DNA of 64,000 bases from positions 2,656,001 through 2,720,000 of the forward strand of contig OZ241329.1 in assembly GCA_965199825.1 (NCBI GenBank), in the 5' to 3' direction. The notes under the pieces are model-generated. The model did no database searches and had not been told where the DNA came from. It saw nothing but the letters and a program-made list of their open reading frames with translations. This document shows positions 10,357-18,569 of the stretch, one piece after another. This DNA is from Bdellovibrionales bacterium (lineage in GTDB: Bacteria; Bdellovibrionota; Bdellovibrionia; Bdellovibrionales; UBA1609). The translations under genes and the position numbers were made by a program. Within the stretch, counting starts at the first letter, position 1. Every line of letters begins with the position of its first letter.

Positions 10357-10725
10357 ATGAACTTTGAAAAACTAAATCAGCTTCTACAAAACATTATCAG
10401 CCACCCTAAGATCAAAAAAGATTGGGAGAGTTACCAAGGCTCTTCGCGGTTTACCGAACTCGCCGGAAAGTTGGTGGGAGGTCTTGAGACTCTTATGCTT
10501 TTTGGATTTGCACTTGGTCGCAAGCGGCTGATTCGGATGAATGCCGCGGTTGGCACCTTGATTCTTTTAATTAAAGTCTCGGTCTATCTTAAAGAAAGAG
10601 TGATCGACGATCCAAAAACAAAAAAATGGTTGAGCGAGGCGTGGGACGAGTTAGGCAAACAAAGTTTTTTTATCTCAACCTTGGCTCGCCAAACCGCCAA
10701 CCAATTTGGTCGCTGGCGTCGCTAA
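10357..10725 (+). CDS. Hypothetical protein
   Basis: 122-aa ATG ORF filling an intergenic gap, with two short hydrophobic segments. Confidence 0.6.
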   Translation: MNFEKLNQLLQNIISHPKIKKDWESYQGSSRFTELAGKLVGGLETLMLFGFALGRKRLIRMNAAVGTLILLIKVSVYLKERVIDDPKTKKWLSEAWDELGKQSFFISTLARQTANQFGRWRR

Positions 10726-10726
10726 A

Positions 10727-11347
10727 TTATAAAGGCCCAATTTTTAATAAGGTGGAACATCCGAGAAAATCGTTCGCGGTGTCCACTCTTTTTTGAGTGT
10801 ATGAAACCGCTTCGCTCAAAATTCTCTGAAAATGGCTTTTTTGAAGTTCGCTGATGTTTGTCTGTGCTAATTTTGCGATCAACAGAATCAGACTTAAAAA
10901 GTTCTGATCAAGACTTGTTTTGATCTGAGTTTCTAGATTTTCAAAATGCTGCAAAACATGCATGTCGCTTTTGTCGAACAGTATCATCCCAGTGACAGGC
11001 AGCCAGGAAGACAAAGCCTCGTATCTGAGCGCATTGAGAGCCGACGGATGATTGCCTCGTAGCGAATCAAACTGGTCAACACCCACAACCATAAATTCCA
11101 TCTTCTCATTTATGGTTCCAATTAGTGTGAGTTTGTAAGGTGGACGAAAGGTCAAAAGCTTCCATTGATCCAACTGAACTTGAGACAAAAACCGAAGTGA
11201 AATTTCACTACTGCCATTACAAATTAAAACGGGCTTGGGATTATTTTTGCCAATCCCAGTAAGAACAATTCGATTTTCCAATTGAAAAGGGGCTGCAAAG
11301 ACCGAACTATAAAAACCAAAACAAACAAGAAACCAAAGTTTTTTCAT
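10727..11347 (-). CDS. Hypothetical secreted protein
   Basis: Signal-peptide-like 'MKKLWFLVCFGFYSSVFA'; ends 'GCSTLLKIGPL'. Confidence 0.65.
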   Translation of the reverse strand: MKKLWFLVCFGFYSSVFAAPFQLENRIVLTGIGKNNPKPVLICNGSSEISLRFLSQVQLDQWKLLTFRPPYKLTLIGTINEKMEFMVVGVDQFDSLRGNHPSALNALRYEALSSWLPVTGMILFDKSDMHVLQHFENLETQIKTSLDQNFLSLILLIAKLAQTNISELQKSHFQRILSEAVSYTQKRVDTANDFLGCSTLLKIGPL

Positions 11348-11439
11348 GATTTGGCTTTAGCCGCAGTTCCATATGGGGTCAGCAAAAATAATTCGCCGAT
11401 AAAAAACATACCATCGTTCACAATATTTTTTTTAGAAAT

Positions 11440-11513
11440 TGGAGGTGGCACCCGGATTTGAACCGGGGTAGGAGCTTTTGCAGAGCTCTGCCTAACCACT
11501 TGGCTATGCCACC
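11440..11513 (-). tRNA. tRNA-Cys(GCA)
   Basis: Minus strand GGTGGCATAGCCAAGTGGTTAGGCAGAGCTCTGCAAAAGCTCCTACCCCGGTTCAAATCCGGGTGCCACCTCCA: cloverleaf, GCA anticodon, T-loop GTTCAAATC, encoded CCA. Confidence 0.97.
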
Positions 11514-11555
11514 TCTTGAAGTCAAAGGGTAATAAATCAGTTTTAGACCCAAAAC

Positions 11556-12974
11556 TCAAGCAAACATCTGGCTTAACTGATGACGCGGTTTTTCGACAAG
11601 GACCTCGGCTTGAAAAAGGTCTTCGCGCTCGATCTTTGAGACTTCTCGAAGATCAGCAAAAGAACGCGCCACTCGGAGGAGTGTTCTCTCAAGACGCGGT
11701 GGCATTTGGCGACACTCCATTAAAAGTTGGACTTTTGGATCTATTAAAGATTTGAGCTCGCTCAAATTCAAAAAGGAATTGGGCACTATTTGTCTGCGAC
11801 TGGACAAGGCAAATGCTCGTGCTTGATCCACACGACTCCTAATTTCTTGCAGCGAGACCATTCGTGGGCCGTTAAAATGTGAGGTGAAAGATAAGATTTC
11901 GATACGGTCAAGGATCGGACCCGAGAGGCGTTTGATGACCGAGCGACATTTTGTCAGGGCCTGGGAACAGCGTGGTCTTAAAAGTGGCTCAAGCTTTCCA
12001 CAAGGACAAAGATTTGTGGTGGCACAAAATAAAAAGCGCGATTTTATTTTTCGCGAAACCCCAGCGCGAGAAATTAAGATGGATCCCTCTTCGAGAGGTT
12101 CTCTTAATCCCTCTTGCACCGCTGTGGGAAATTCAAGAAATTCATCGAACAATAATATTCCACCGTGGGCTCTGGTGATTTCGCCGTAGGTGATCGGACG
12201 CCCTCCACCCAGTATTGCTTTGACCGATGCGGTATGATGAGGCGCTCGAAATGGTCTTGATGTCCGTTGTTCATCAAATAAAAATCCAATATGGCGAATC
12301 TGTTTCCAAATCTGTTCTGTCGGGAGCGGTAAGACTTGCGACAAAGATTCTATAAAAGTTGTTTTGCCAATTCCGGTGCGACCCGCGAGCAAAAGCGAAT
12401 GCTCGCCGTGGGCCACCAATGCCATAAGGTTTGCGCAGGGTTTAGAAAACTCAAGGTTTTGTAAAGCCACACGCTGTGGAGCTACATCTGGCATTAAACT
12501 TTTTTTAAATTGTCCATCAACTAAACTATTTAAGTTTTTAACATATTTGCCTACCGGATGGCTCGATTGGCCCACAATAAGATTTGATACTATACTTTGA
12601 TTGAGATCAGAAAAAACTTCGCCATTTAAACCAACGCTTCCATAATAAACAAAATTATTCACATCTTGTTTTGGGAGTTGTCCGGTGGATGCAAGAACCC
12701 CAACGGCAATCGCGAGATCAAGCCCCTCTGTCTTCCATCCCTCCAAATTTTCGAAATTGATAATTATGGATTGTGTTCGGGGCCACTTAAGCCCCGATTT
12801 TCTAAAGGCTGTGCGAAGGCGAATCGCAATTTCTTTAAAAGAAGAATCAGGAGCATTCAAAAAATGGGTGAGAGGAAGACCAGGAACAAGTGCAATCTCA
12901 AAATTAAAACGCTGCCACTGCCCGTCTTTTAAAATCAAAGTTTGAATCGTCATATAAAGATGACGAATCTGCAA
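11556..12974 (-). CDS. comM: YifB/ComM family Mg-chelatase-related AAA+ ATPase
   Basis: 'DLAIAVGVL', Walker A 'GRTGIGKT', 'FRAPHHTAS', 'GEITRAHGGILLFDEFLEF', 'NLCPCG', 'LSGPILDRI'. Confidence 0.85.
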   Translation of the reverse strand: MQIRHLYMTIQTLILKDGQWQRFNFEIALVPGLPLTHFLNAPDSSFKEIAIRLRTAFRKSGLKWPRTQSIIINFENLEGWKTEGLDLAIAVGVLASTGQLPKQDVNNFVYYGSVGLNGEVFSDLNQSIVSNLIVGQSSHPVGKYVKNLNSLVDGQFKKSLMPDVAPQRVALQNLEFSKPCANLMALVAHGEHSLLLAGRTGIGKTTFIESLSQVLPLPTEQIWKQIRHIGFLFDEQRTSRPFRAPHHTASVKAILGGGRPITYGEITRAHGGILLFDEFLEFPTAVQEGLREPLEEGSILISRAGVSRKIKSRFLFCATTNLCPCGKLEPLLRPRCSQALTKCRSVIKRLSGPILDRIEILSFTSHFNGPRMVSLQEIRSRVDQARAFALSSRRQIVPNSFLNLSELKSLIDPKVQLLMECRQMPPRLERTLLRVARSFADLREVSKIEREDLFQAEVLVEKPRHQLSQMFA

Positions 12975-12997
12975 AACCGATCACATCAAGGAGAACT

Positions 12998-13900
12998 CTA
13001 TGGTTTATCTTTAAATGATTGTGCGTCCGCAGAATCTCGGACTTCGGAGAGAGGATGAAACTCGTCGATCTGTTCGCGCAGTTTATTTTTTGTTACGGTT
13101 GTGTAGATCTGGGTGGTTTGTAAACTGGTGTGACCAAGTAAAACTTGAATGGATCTGAGGTCGGCGCCGTTTTCGAGCAAGGCCGTCGCACACCCGTGTC
13201 GAAATTGATGCGGATGCACCGCTTTTTCAAAGCCCGCAACCTTTGACCACGCCGAAAGCCAGCGCCAGATATCCACCCGCGAGGGGCGATGCCCTCGATC
13301 GTTCACCAAAAGCGTGGTTGATTCTTCTTTGAGTAAAGAGGGCCGCACTTCGGTTATATAAGTTTTAAGTTCCATTCGCAGTCGCTCGGTTAAAGGAAGC
13401 AAACGCTGCTTTCCGCCCTTACCGGTAATCGAAAGCCAGGAGGCTGTTTGATTAAAATCATGAAGATCAAGAGTGATCAACTCGGTCACGCGGCAGCCCA
13501 AGCCAAAAAGTAAAAGAAGAGTCATTTGGTTTCGTGCGGTTTTTAATTTATTTTCGACTTCGCAGGCGCGATAGAGTTGCTCGAATTCGGAATTGGTCAG
13601 CGGATCAGGAAGTTTTTGTTTGATCCGTGGGGGTTGGAGTTGGCGCAGGGGTCCTGCATCCACTCCATAACGCTCACAAAATTTAAAATAGGTTCGTAAA
13701 CTTGAAATCACTCGGGCTTGTGATCGCTCAGAAAGTCCATGCTCTTTCATAAATTCGTAAAATTGGATGAGGTCTGAGGATTTTTTTTTGAATTCTTCAA
13801 ATAATTCAAGATCGCGGCGATAGGCCATGATTGTGTTTTGCGAACGCCCACGCACATTTTTTAAATCATCAAAGAAGTCGACCCAAAGCTCGAGTGCCAT
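12998..13900 (-). CDS. xerD: Site-specific tyrosine recombinase, XerD-like
   Basis: 'NTIMAYRRDL', 'GCRVTEL', 'GKGGKQR', 'HPHQFRHGCATALLENGADLRSIQVLLGH', 'TTQIYT'. Confidence 0.85.
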   Translation of the reverse strand: MALELWVDFFDDLKNVRGRSQNTIMAYRRDLELFEEFKKKSSDLIQFYEFMKEHGLSERSQARVISSLRTYFKFCERYGVDAGPLRQLQPPRIKQKLPDPLTNSEFEQLYRACEVENKLKTARNQMTLLLLFGLGCRVTELITLDLHDFNQTASWLSITGKGGKQRLLPLTERLRMELKTYITEVRPSLLKEESTTLLVNDRGHRPSRVDIWRWLSAWSKVAGFEKAVHPHQFRHGCATALLENGADLRSIQVLLGHTSLQTTQIYTTVTKNKLREQIDEFHPLSEVRDSADAQSFKDKP

Positions 13901-13935
13901 TGGGTCATTGTCAGGTGCTCAACTTAAAGAAACAA

Positions 13936-14697
13936 TCAAAAATTCGCGCCACCATTAAAAGCCGAGCTGATATTCAGACCAGTAAAGGTTCCAAGCTGCT
14001 GATACCCATTGTCAGGAAGCAATGTGCGAAAGGTATTGATGCCATTATCTTGAATCCATGCTCGACAATCGTAGGGACCAATCGAAACAAACCAACAATA
14101 TGAAGGAGGGTGGTCCGCATAAGTGATACCGAAATTTTTAAAATAAATAGACCCACTCGAACCTGATGTGCCAACTCCATCACCCAGAGTTGTCGAAGAA
14201 CTTGCGGCTACAGGATTGACCACAACAACGATGGCACCTTTGTAATCTTCAAAAATTCCATGAAAGGCATTGCGGCCATTATCAAATGGGTAAACCACGT
14301 TGTAACGCGAATCTGCATTGCTGTTGCCGCCGGTAAAATAACTCACATGAGTTAAACCGTTGTCGGTGTACTGAACCGTTACAGTTCCACCAAAATAATT
14401 TCCTGGGGGTTGCTGAGTGAGGTTGAGGTTGACCACAACATTGCTCAAGTTATTCGAGTAGCGACCAGTATACAGATAATAAGCGTTTGAATTCGCGAAT
14501 GTGAAGTTGGCAGTCCCGCCATAAGCGAAATTTGAACCAGGGTTTGCACCAACGCCGGTTGTTGTTGGCACATATGGAGCCGTGGTGTTGCCAAGTGCGG
14601 TTGTTGTGGTGGTGGTTGCAGGAGGATTCGAGCTGCCACTTGATCCACAGCCCACAATCAAAAAAGTGGTGGTGAGAAGTCCGATTGTTAGTTTCAT
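13936..14697 (-). CDS. Hypothetical lipoprotein (Thr/Gly/Asn-rich, beta-rich)
   Basis: Start reassigned to ATG 14697 (GGAGG RBS); lipobox 'IVGC'; poly-Thr linker; C-terminal 'CWF...GPYDCRAW'. Confidence 0.75.
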   Translation of the reverse strand: MKLTIGLLTTTFLIVGCGSSGSSNPPATTTTTTALGNTTAPYVPTTTGVGANPGSNFAYGGTANFTFANSNAYYLYTGRYSNNLSNVVVNLNLTQQPPGNYFGGTVTVQYTDNGLTHVSYFTGGNSNADSRYNVVYPFDNGRNAFHGIFEDYKGAIVVVVNPVAASSSTTLGDGVGTSGSSGSIYFKNFGITYADHPPSYCWFVSIGPYDCRAWIQDNGINTFRTLLPDNGYQQLGTFTGLNISSAFNGGANF

Positions 14698-14721
14698 TAA
14701 GTCCTCCGTTACAGCTCTTAG

Positions 14722-14738
14722 TGCGATGGCTGTGCCGA
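14722..14738 (-). promoter_or_regulatory. Probable sigma54 (-24/-12) promoter
   Basis: Minus strand TCGGCACAGCCATCGCA = GG-N10-GC with GGCAC, ~25 nt upstream of the ATG. Confidence 0.55.
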
Positions 14739-14786
14739 AGCTGAAATTTGTTAAGCTACTAATTTGAGTGATGAAAATGAAAAACC

Positions 14787-14801
14787 GTTTCACTCTGAAA
14801 C
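14787..14801. promoter_or_regulatory. Perfect palindrome GTTTCA-N3-TGAAAC, candidate transcription-factor site
   Basis: 6-3-6 inverted repeat ~50 bp upstream of the sigma54-like site; related copies occur in other intergenic regions. Confidence 0.45.
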
Positions 14802-14970
14802 AAATAATTTAAGATCGATAAAATTGTTTTGTGATCTAAGGTATTTACCTTCGTTCACTCGCCAAAATTTAGATTTTGGGCTCAAATTGAGTTGGCAGGT
14901 GTCTAAAAGTTGATGATTAAGATTTTTTGATTAAAGTTTTAAGAAATCGTTTTAAACACCGATAGGGCTT

Positions 14971-16005
14971 CTAAAGGGAAGTCTTACTATGGAATTCAAC
15001 TACGTGAATGTGGCTACAATCTGTGCAATCGTTTTTTTTGCGGTTCGGGTGTTGGTCACGGTCGTTTCGTAAACGAAATTTTGGATAATAATGCTCAAGG
15101 ATTTGTCGGTAATTTAACCCGCCTTGAGCTAACGCTCGTGCTCCGTTTTGACACAATCCTAAACCGTGTCCATAACCGTAGCCCTCAAAATCGATCCGGT
15201 GATCTTTAAAGCTCAACTCGAAAAGTGAACTTTTTAATTTTTCAAAACCGATCAATCGCCTCAAGCCCTCACCTGATAATTTTAAATTCTTTTTGTCTTG
15301 GGTTAAAAGATTCACTTTGAGTGCTCGGCCATTTGAGGATCTCTCGGTCACAAAAACATTTTTTAATTTTTGTGGCATCTGTAACTTTGCCATCAGCTCT
15401 TCATCCGAAATCGAGAATTTCCAATGGGCCTTTAGCCGGCAACTGCCCTTATCTTTTGCGCCGCCGCAATGAGCATGAAAAAGGGTTTGGGCAATTTTTT
15501 GATTGTGATCTTCTAACACCACAGCTCGAACTTGATTGAGAATCGATCGGGCTTCTTTCGAATGCGTGGCAGTTTTATAAATTTGATCTTCCACCGTATT
15601 TTCGACATCAAAGGTTTTGTGGCTTGAGATCTTTGATTTGGCATAACTTTTTGAGATGATGGCCTGAGCTTTTAAGGCTTCTTTTGGGTAATGCATTGGC
15701 ATTTCATTAAACAAAACGCCTTCAAGATAGCGATCCATATCGAGAGTTTGGATTTCATCAAATAAAGTTTCAGAGCGTGCATAAAGTAAGACGTTGGCAT
15801 TTTTTAAAATGAATTTGAGTTTGTCGGTTAAGATCACAAATGGTTTTTTTTGCCCTTCGATTACCTCGAAAAAACCAAGCCCTCCGTCAACAAATCGGCG
15901 CACCTGAATATCAGAAAAGCTTGAGTGGTCCACCGCTCTTGCGGTGCGCACCCGAATGGTTTCGGCATGAGAAAAAAATAAAAATAATAAAATTAACTGA
16001 GCCAT
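14971..16005 (-). CDS. SpoIID/LytB domain protein (lytic transglycosylase-like)
   Basis: 'YLEGVLFNEM', 'EALKAQAI', 'DQIY', 'FHAHCGG', 'GYGHGLGLCQNGA', 'ILEHYYP'. Confidence 0.9.
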   Translation of the reverse strand: MAQLILLFLFFSHAETIRVRTARAVDHSSFSDIQVRRFVDGGLGFFEVIEGQKKPFVILTDKLKFILKNANVLLYARSETLFDEIQTLDMDRYLEGVLFNEMPMHYPKEALKAQAIISKSYAKSKISSHKTFDVENTVEDQIYKTATHSKEARSILNQVRAVVLEDHNQKIAQTLFHAHCGGAKDKGSCRLKAHWKFSISDEELMAKLQMPQKLKNVFVTERSSNGRALKVNLLTQDKKNLKLSGEGLRRLIGFEKLKSSLFELSFKDHRIDFEGYGYGHGLGLCQNGARALAQGGLNYRQILEHYYPKFRLRNDRDQHPNRKKNDCTDCSHIHVVEFHSKTSL

Positions 16006-16346
16006 GCCTGAATTTCGGTCCACAAAAGTTTTTTGCGTTTAAGAGTCGTTTCGTCATTTCCAAGAAGTTGGCTCATGGGTGGAGCATACAAAACATGCTG
16101 TAACTTCGAATCGATTTGCCCACCAAAATAAAGGACTTTGTCAAAAACCTTTTCGGGCAAAGGACCTTCAAAGGTCTCGAAATTTTTCAAATTTAGAGCC
16201 TGACTTAAGCGGTCGATCAGCTTTTTACCCTCGTCACTCAAGGGCTCCAAAGACACAAATGCGAATGGAATCGCAGGTTTTTTGGTAAACAAAACCTCTT
16301 TAATTCCAAGAACTTCATTTAAATACATCAGTTGGGCTTGAGTCAT
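15993..16346 (-). CDS. Hypothetical protein, weakly resembling DNA polymerase III psi (HolD)
   Basis: N-terminal 'YLNEVLGI' and C-terminal 'KKLLWTEIQ' match the psi-type end motifs. Confidence 0.4.
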   Translation of the reverse strand: MTQAQLMYLNEVLGIKEVLFTKKPAIPFAFVSLEPLSDEGKKLIDRLSQALNLKNFETFEGPLPEKVFDKVLYFGGQIDSKLQHVLYAPPMSQLLGNDETTLKRKKLLWTEIQAWLS

Positions 16347-16486
16347 AGAAAATCTGTTGTAGCAGGCCGATCGGCCTTTGGTCATGGGAAGATTTTGCTT
16401 CAAACGTTAGGCCAAGAAAGGGCTTTAACCCTCAACTCTTTTTAGAAAATCACGATCAGTCAGGCACGATATCAAGGAGGACAGTC

Positions 16487-16702
16487 GTGTCGAAAAAGGA
16501 AGTTATGGAAATTACAATAAGCACAAATGATGAAATCACAATCCGCGAGCAGTTTTTGCTCGACTACACCACCTGCTGCCTTTGCGGCTCAGATTTGATG
16601 TTCACCCACGTCACAAAATTTGTGACCGGCGAAGTCAAAGAGCAAGGTGCCTGCGAAAGTTGCGGCATCGAACACGCTCCTAAGAGTCATCCCCTACAGT
16701 AA
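16487..16702 (+). CDS. Small zinc-ribbon-like protein
   Basis: AGGAGG RBS before GTG; 'CCLCG' and 'CESCG' motifs. Confidence 0.65.
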   Translation: MSKKEVMEITISTNDEITIREQFLLDYTTCCLCGSDLMFTHVTKFVTGEVKEQGACESCGIEHAPKSHPLQ

Positions 16703-18569
16703 GCTCTGTGGGGCTTTCATCGGTGAGGCTTAAGAGCACCCGCTCTGCCAAAACCCGATTAAAGCCTTTCAGTAGCAACAGCTCCTCGAGCTTGGCGATC
16801 TTGATCGCCTCGAGCGTGCCAAACTTTTCGAGTAAAAGTTTTTTCTTTTTCTCACCGAGTCCCGTAATCAAGTCCAGCTGGCTCTGTAAAGTTTTTTCGT
16901 CGCGCAATTTGCGATGAAATGTAATTGCAAATCGATGGGCCTCATCACGTAGCCCCACAAGAATTTGATAAGCTTCAGAGTGTGTGGGAAATAAAACCGG
17001 ATTTTGACGATTGGGTAAAAAAAAGCGCTCCTCGCTGCTGGCAATTTCTTGATCACTAAATTCACCTTGAGTTCTCGCCTTAGCAAGACCTACGACTGCA
17101 AGCTCTGGCCGACCCAGTTCTTTTAAAACTTCAACCGCCATTTTGAGTTGACCCTTACCACCATCGACCACAATCAAATCGGGATCGTCATACTCGGTGT
17201 GTTTAAGCCTGCGTGAGAGAACCTCTTTCATCGAGGCAAAGTCATTGGGGCCTTCAACCGTTTTGATCTTATAGAGCCGATAGTCCTCTTTTTTGGGGGC
17301 GCCATCTTCGAACACCACTTGCGAGGCCACACTCTCGGCACCTTGAAAGTTTGAAATATCAAAACACTCCATGCGGCAGGGCAAATTTTTAAGACCGAGT
17401 CGCACTTTGATTTCTTCAAGGCCTTTTGTCCGGCTTTCTTTTTTGGCAACCTGATCTTTAAAATGGGCTTGAGCATTTTCAAGCGCCATATCCACCAACT
17501 TTTTGGCATCCGGCCCGGTGGGTGGAATGATTCGGGGTTCGATATCTTGCCGCTCTTTAAAAACTGCCTTTAAAAGTTTAGTGATCTCCGGCCCCAAGTC
17601 CACCTGCAAAATAATTTCTTCGGGTACAATATTATCTAAATAATATTGATTTAAAAATGAAGTCAGCCATTCTCTGACGTCTTCTTCTTCAGAGCTTGAG
17701 TTGAGCCGTGGCAAAAAATGGGATCGATTCCCAATCATGCGGCCCGCACGAATGTGTAAGGTCTCAATCAGTGTTCCGCGCTCATCACCAAAATAAACAA
17801 TAACGTCTTGATCAAATTCTTTTTGGCTCACGACGGTTTGTTTTTGCCAAATCCGTTTCACCGCATTGACCGAGTCACGAAGTTTGGCCGCGGCCTCAAA
17901 GCGCTCCTCTTCAGAGGCCTTTTTCATTCTGTCAGAAATCGACTTCACCACTTTTTTATCTCGACCTTTTAAAAAAGCCACCGCCGATTGAATGTCCTCG
18001 CGGTAATCTTCCTTAGAAATCAAATCCACGCAGGGTGCCGTGCAGCGCCCGATTTGGTGGGTCATACAGGGGCGTTTGCGGGTATTAAAAAAAGCATCAG
18101 CACAATCACGAATTTTAAAGGTAAGCGAAATAAATCGCAGAGTCTCGCGCACCGATCCCGCTGAGGTGTAGGGCCCAAAATAAAGCGAGCCATCGTGTTT
18201 TACTTTTCGACTTAAATAAAAACGTGGGTATTCATCGGCAAGGCTCACCCGAATATAGGGATAGGCTTTGTCGTCTTTGAGCCGAATATTATATCGAGGT
18301 TTAAATTTTTTGATTAAAGTCGCTTCGAGTAAAAACGCTTCGACTTCGGTTTTGGTTAAAATGTATTCGATATTTTGGATGTGATTGACCAAGAACCGCG
18401 TTTTTAAACTGTGCTCATAATTTTGATAAAAATAAGTTCGAACACGACCCTTGAGGCTTTTGGCTTTGCCGACATAGATCACCTTGTCTTTGATATCTTT
18501 CATCAAATAAACGCCGGGTGTCTCGGGCAGGTCGGCAATAATAAGCTTAAGATGTTCTCGGCTATCCAT
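16680..18569 (-). CDS. uvrC: Excinuclease ABC subunit C
   Basis: GIY-YIG 'PGVYLMKD...YVGKAK', 'ECFDISN', 'VDGGKGQ', 'RDEAHRFA', C-terminal HhH. Confidence 0.97.
   Translation of the reverse strand: MDSREHLKLIIADLPETPGVYLMKDIKDKVIYVGKAKSLKGRVRTYFYQNYEHSLKTRFLVNHIQNIEYILTKTEVEAFLLEATLIKKFKPRYNIRLKDDKAYPYIRVSLADEYPRFYLSRKVKHDGSLYFGPYTSAGSVRETLRFISLTFKIRDCADAFFNTRKRPCMTHQIGRCTAPCVDLISKEDYREDIQSAVAFLKGRDKKVVKSISDRMKKASEEERFEAAAKLRDSVNAVKRIWQKQTVVSQKEFDQDVIVYFGDERGTLIETLHIRAGRMIGNRSHFLPRLNSSSEEEDVREWLTSFLNQYYLDNIVPEEIILQVDLGPEITKLLKAVFKERQDIEPRIIPPTGPDAKKLVDMALENAQAHFKDQVAKKESRTKGLEEIKVRLGLKNLPCRMECFDISNFQGAESVASQVVFEDGAPKKEDYRLYKIKTVEGPNDFASMKEVLSRRLKHTEYDDPDLIVVDGGKGQLKMAVEVLKELGRPELAVVGLAKARTQGEFSDQEIASSEERFFLPNRQNPVLFPTHSEAYQILVGLRDEAHRFAITFHRKLRDEKTLQSQLDLITGLGEKKKKLLLEKFGTLEAIKIAKLEELLLLKGFNRVLAERVLLSLTDESPTELTVGDDS

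Noticed and set aside
11344..11755. ORFs 11344-11559 (-) and 11516-11755 (+)
   Set aside because: They overlap tRNA-Cys and the comM 3' end; shadow ORFs.
11440..13900. Tyrosine recombinase near tRNA-Cys and comM, suggesting an integrated element
   Set aside because: The recombinase has chromosomal XerD signatures, comM appears uninterrupted, and I saw no duplicated tRNA 3' end or phage/ICE genes.
16460..16480. GGCACG upstream of the zinc-ribbon gene as a sigma54 promoter
   Set aside because: The -12 GC is missing at the required spacing (reads AG).
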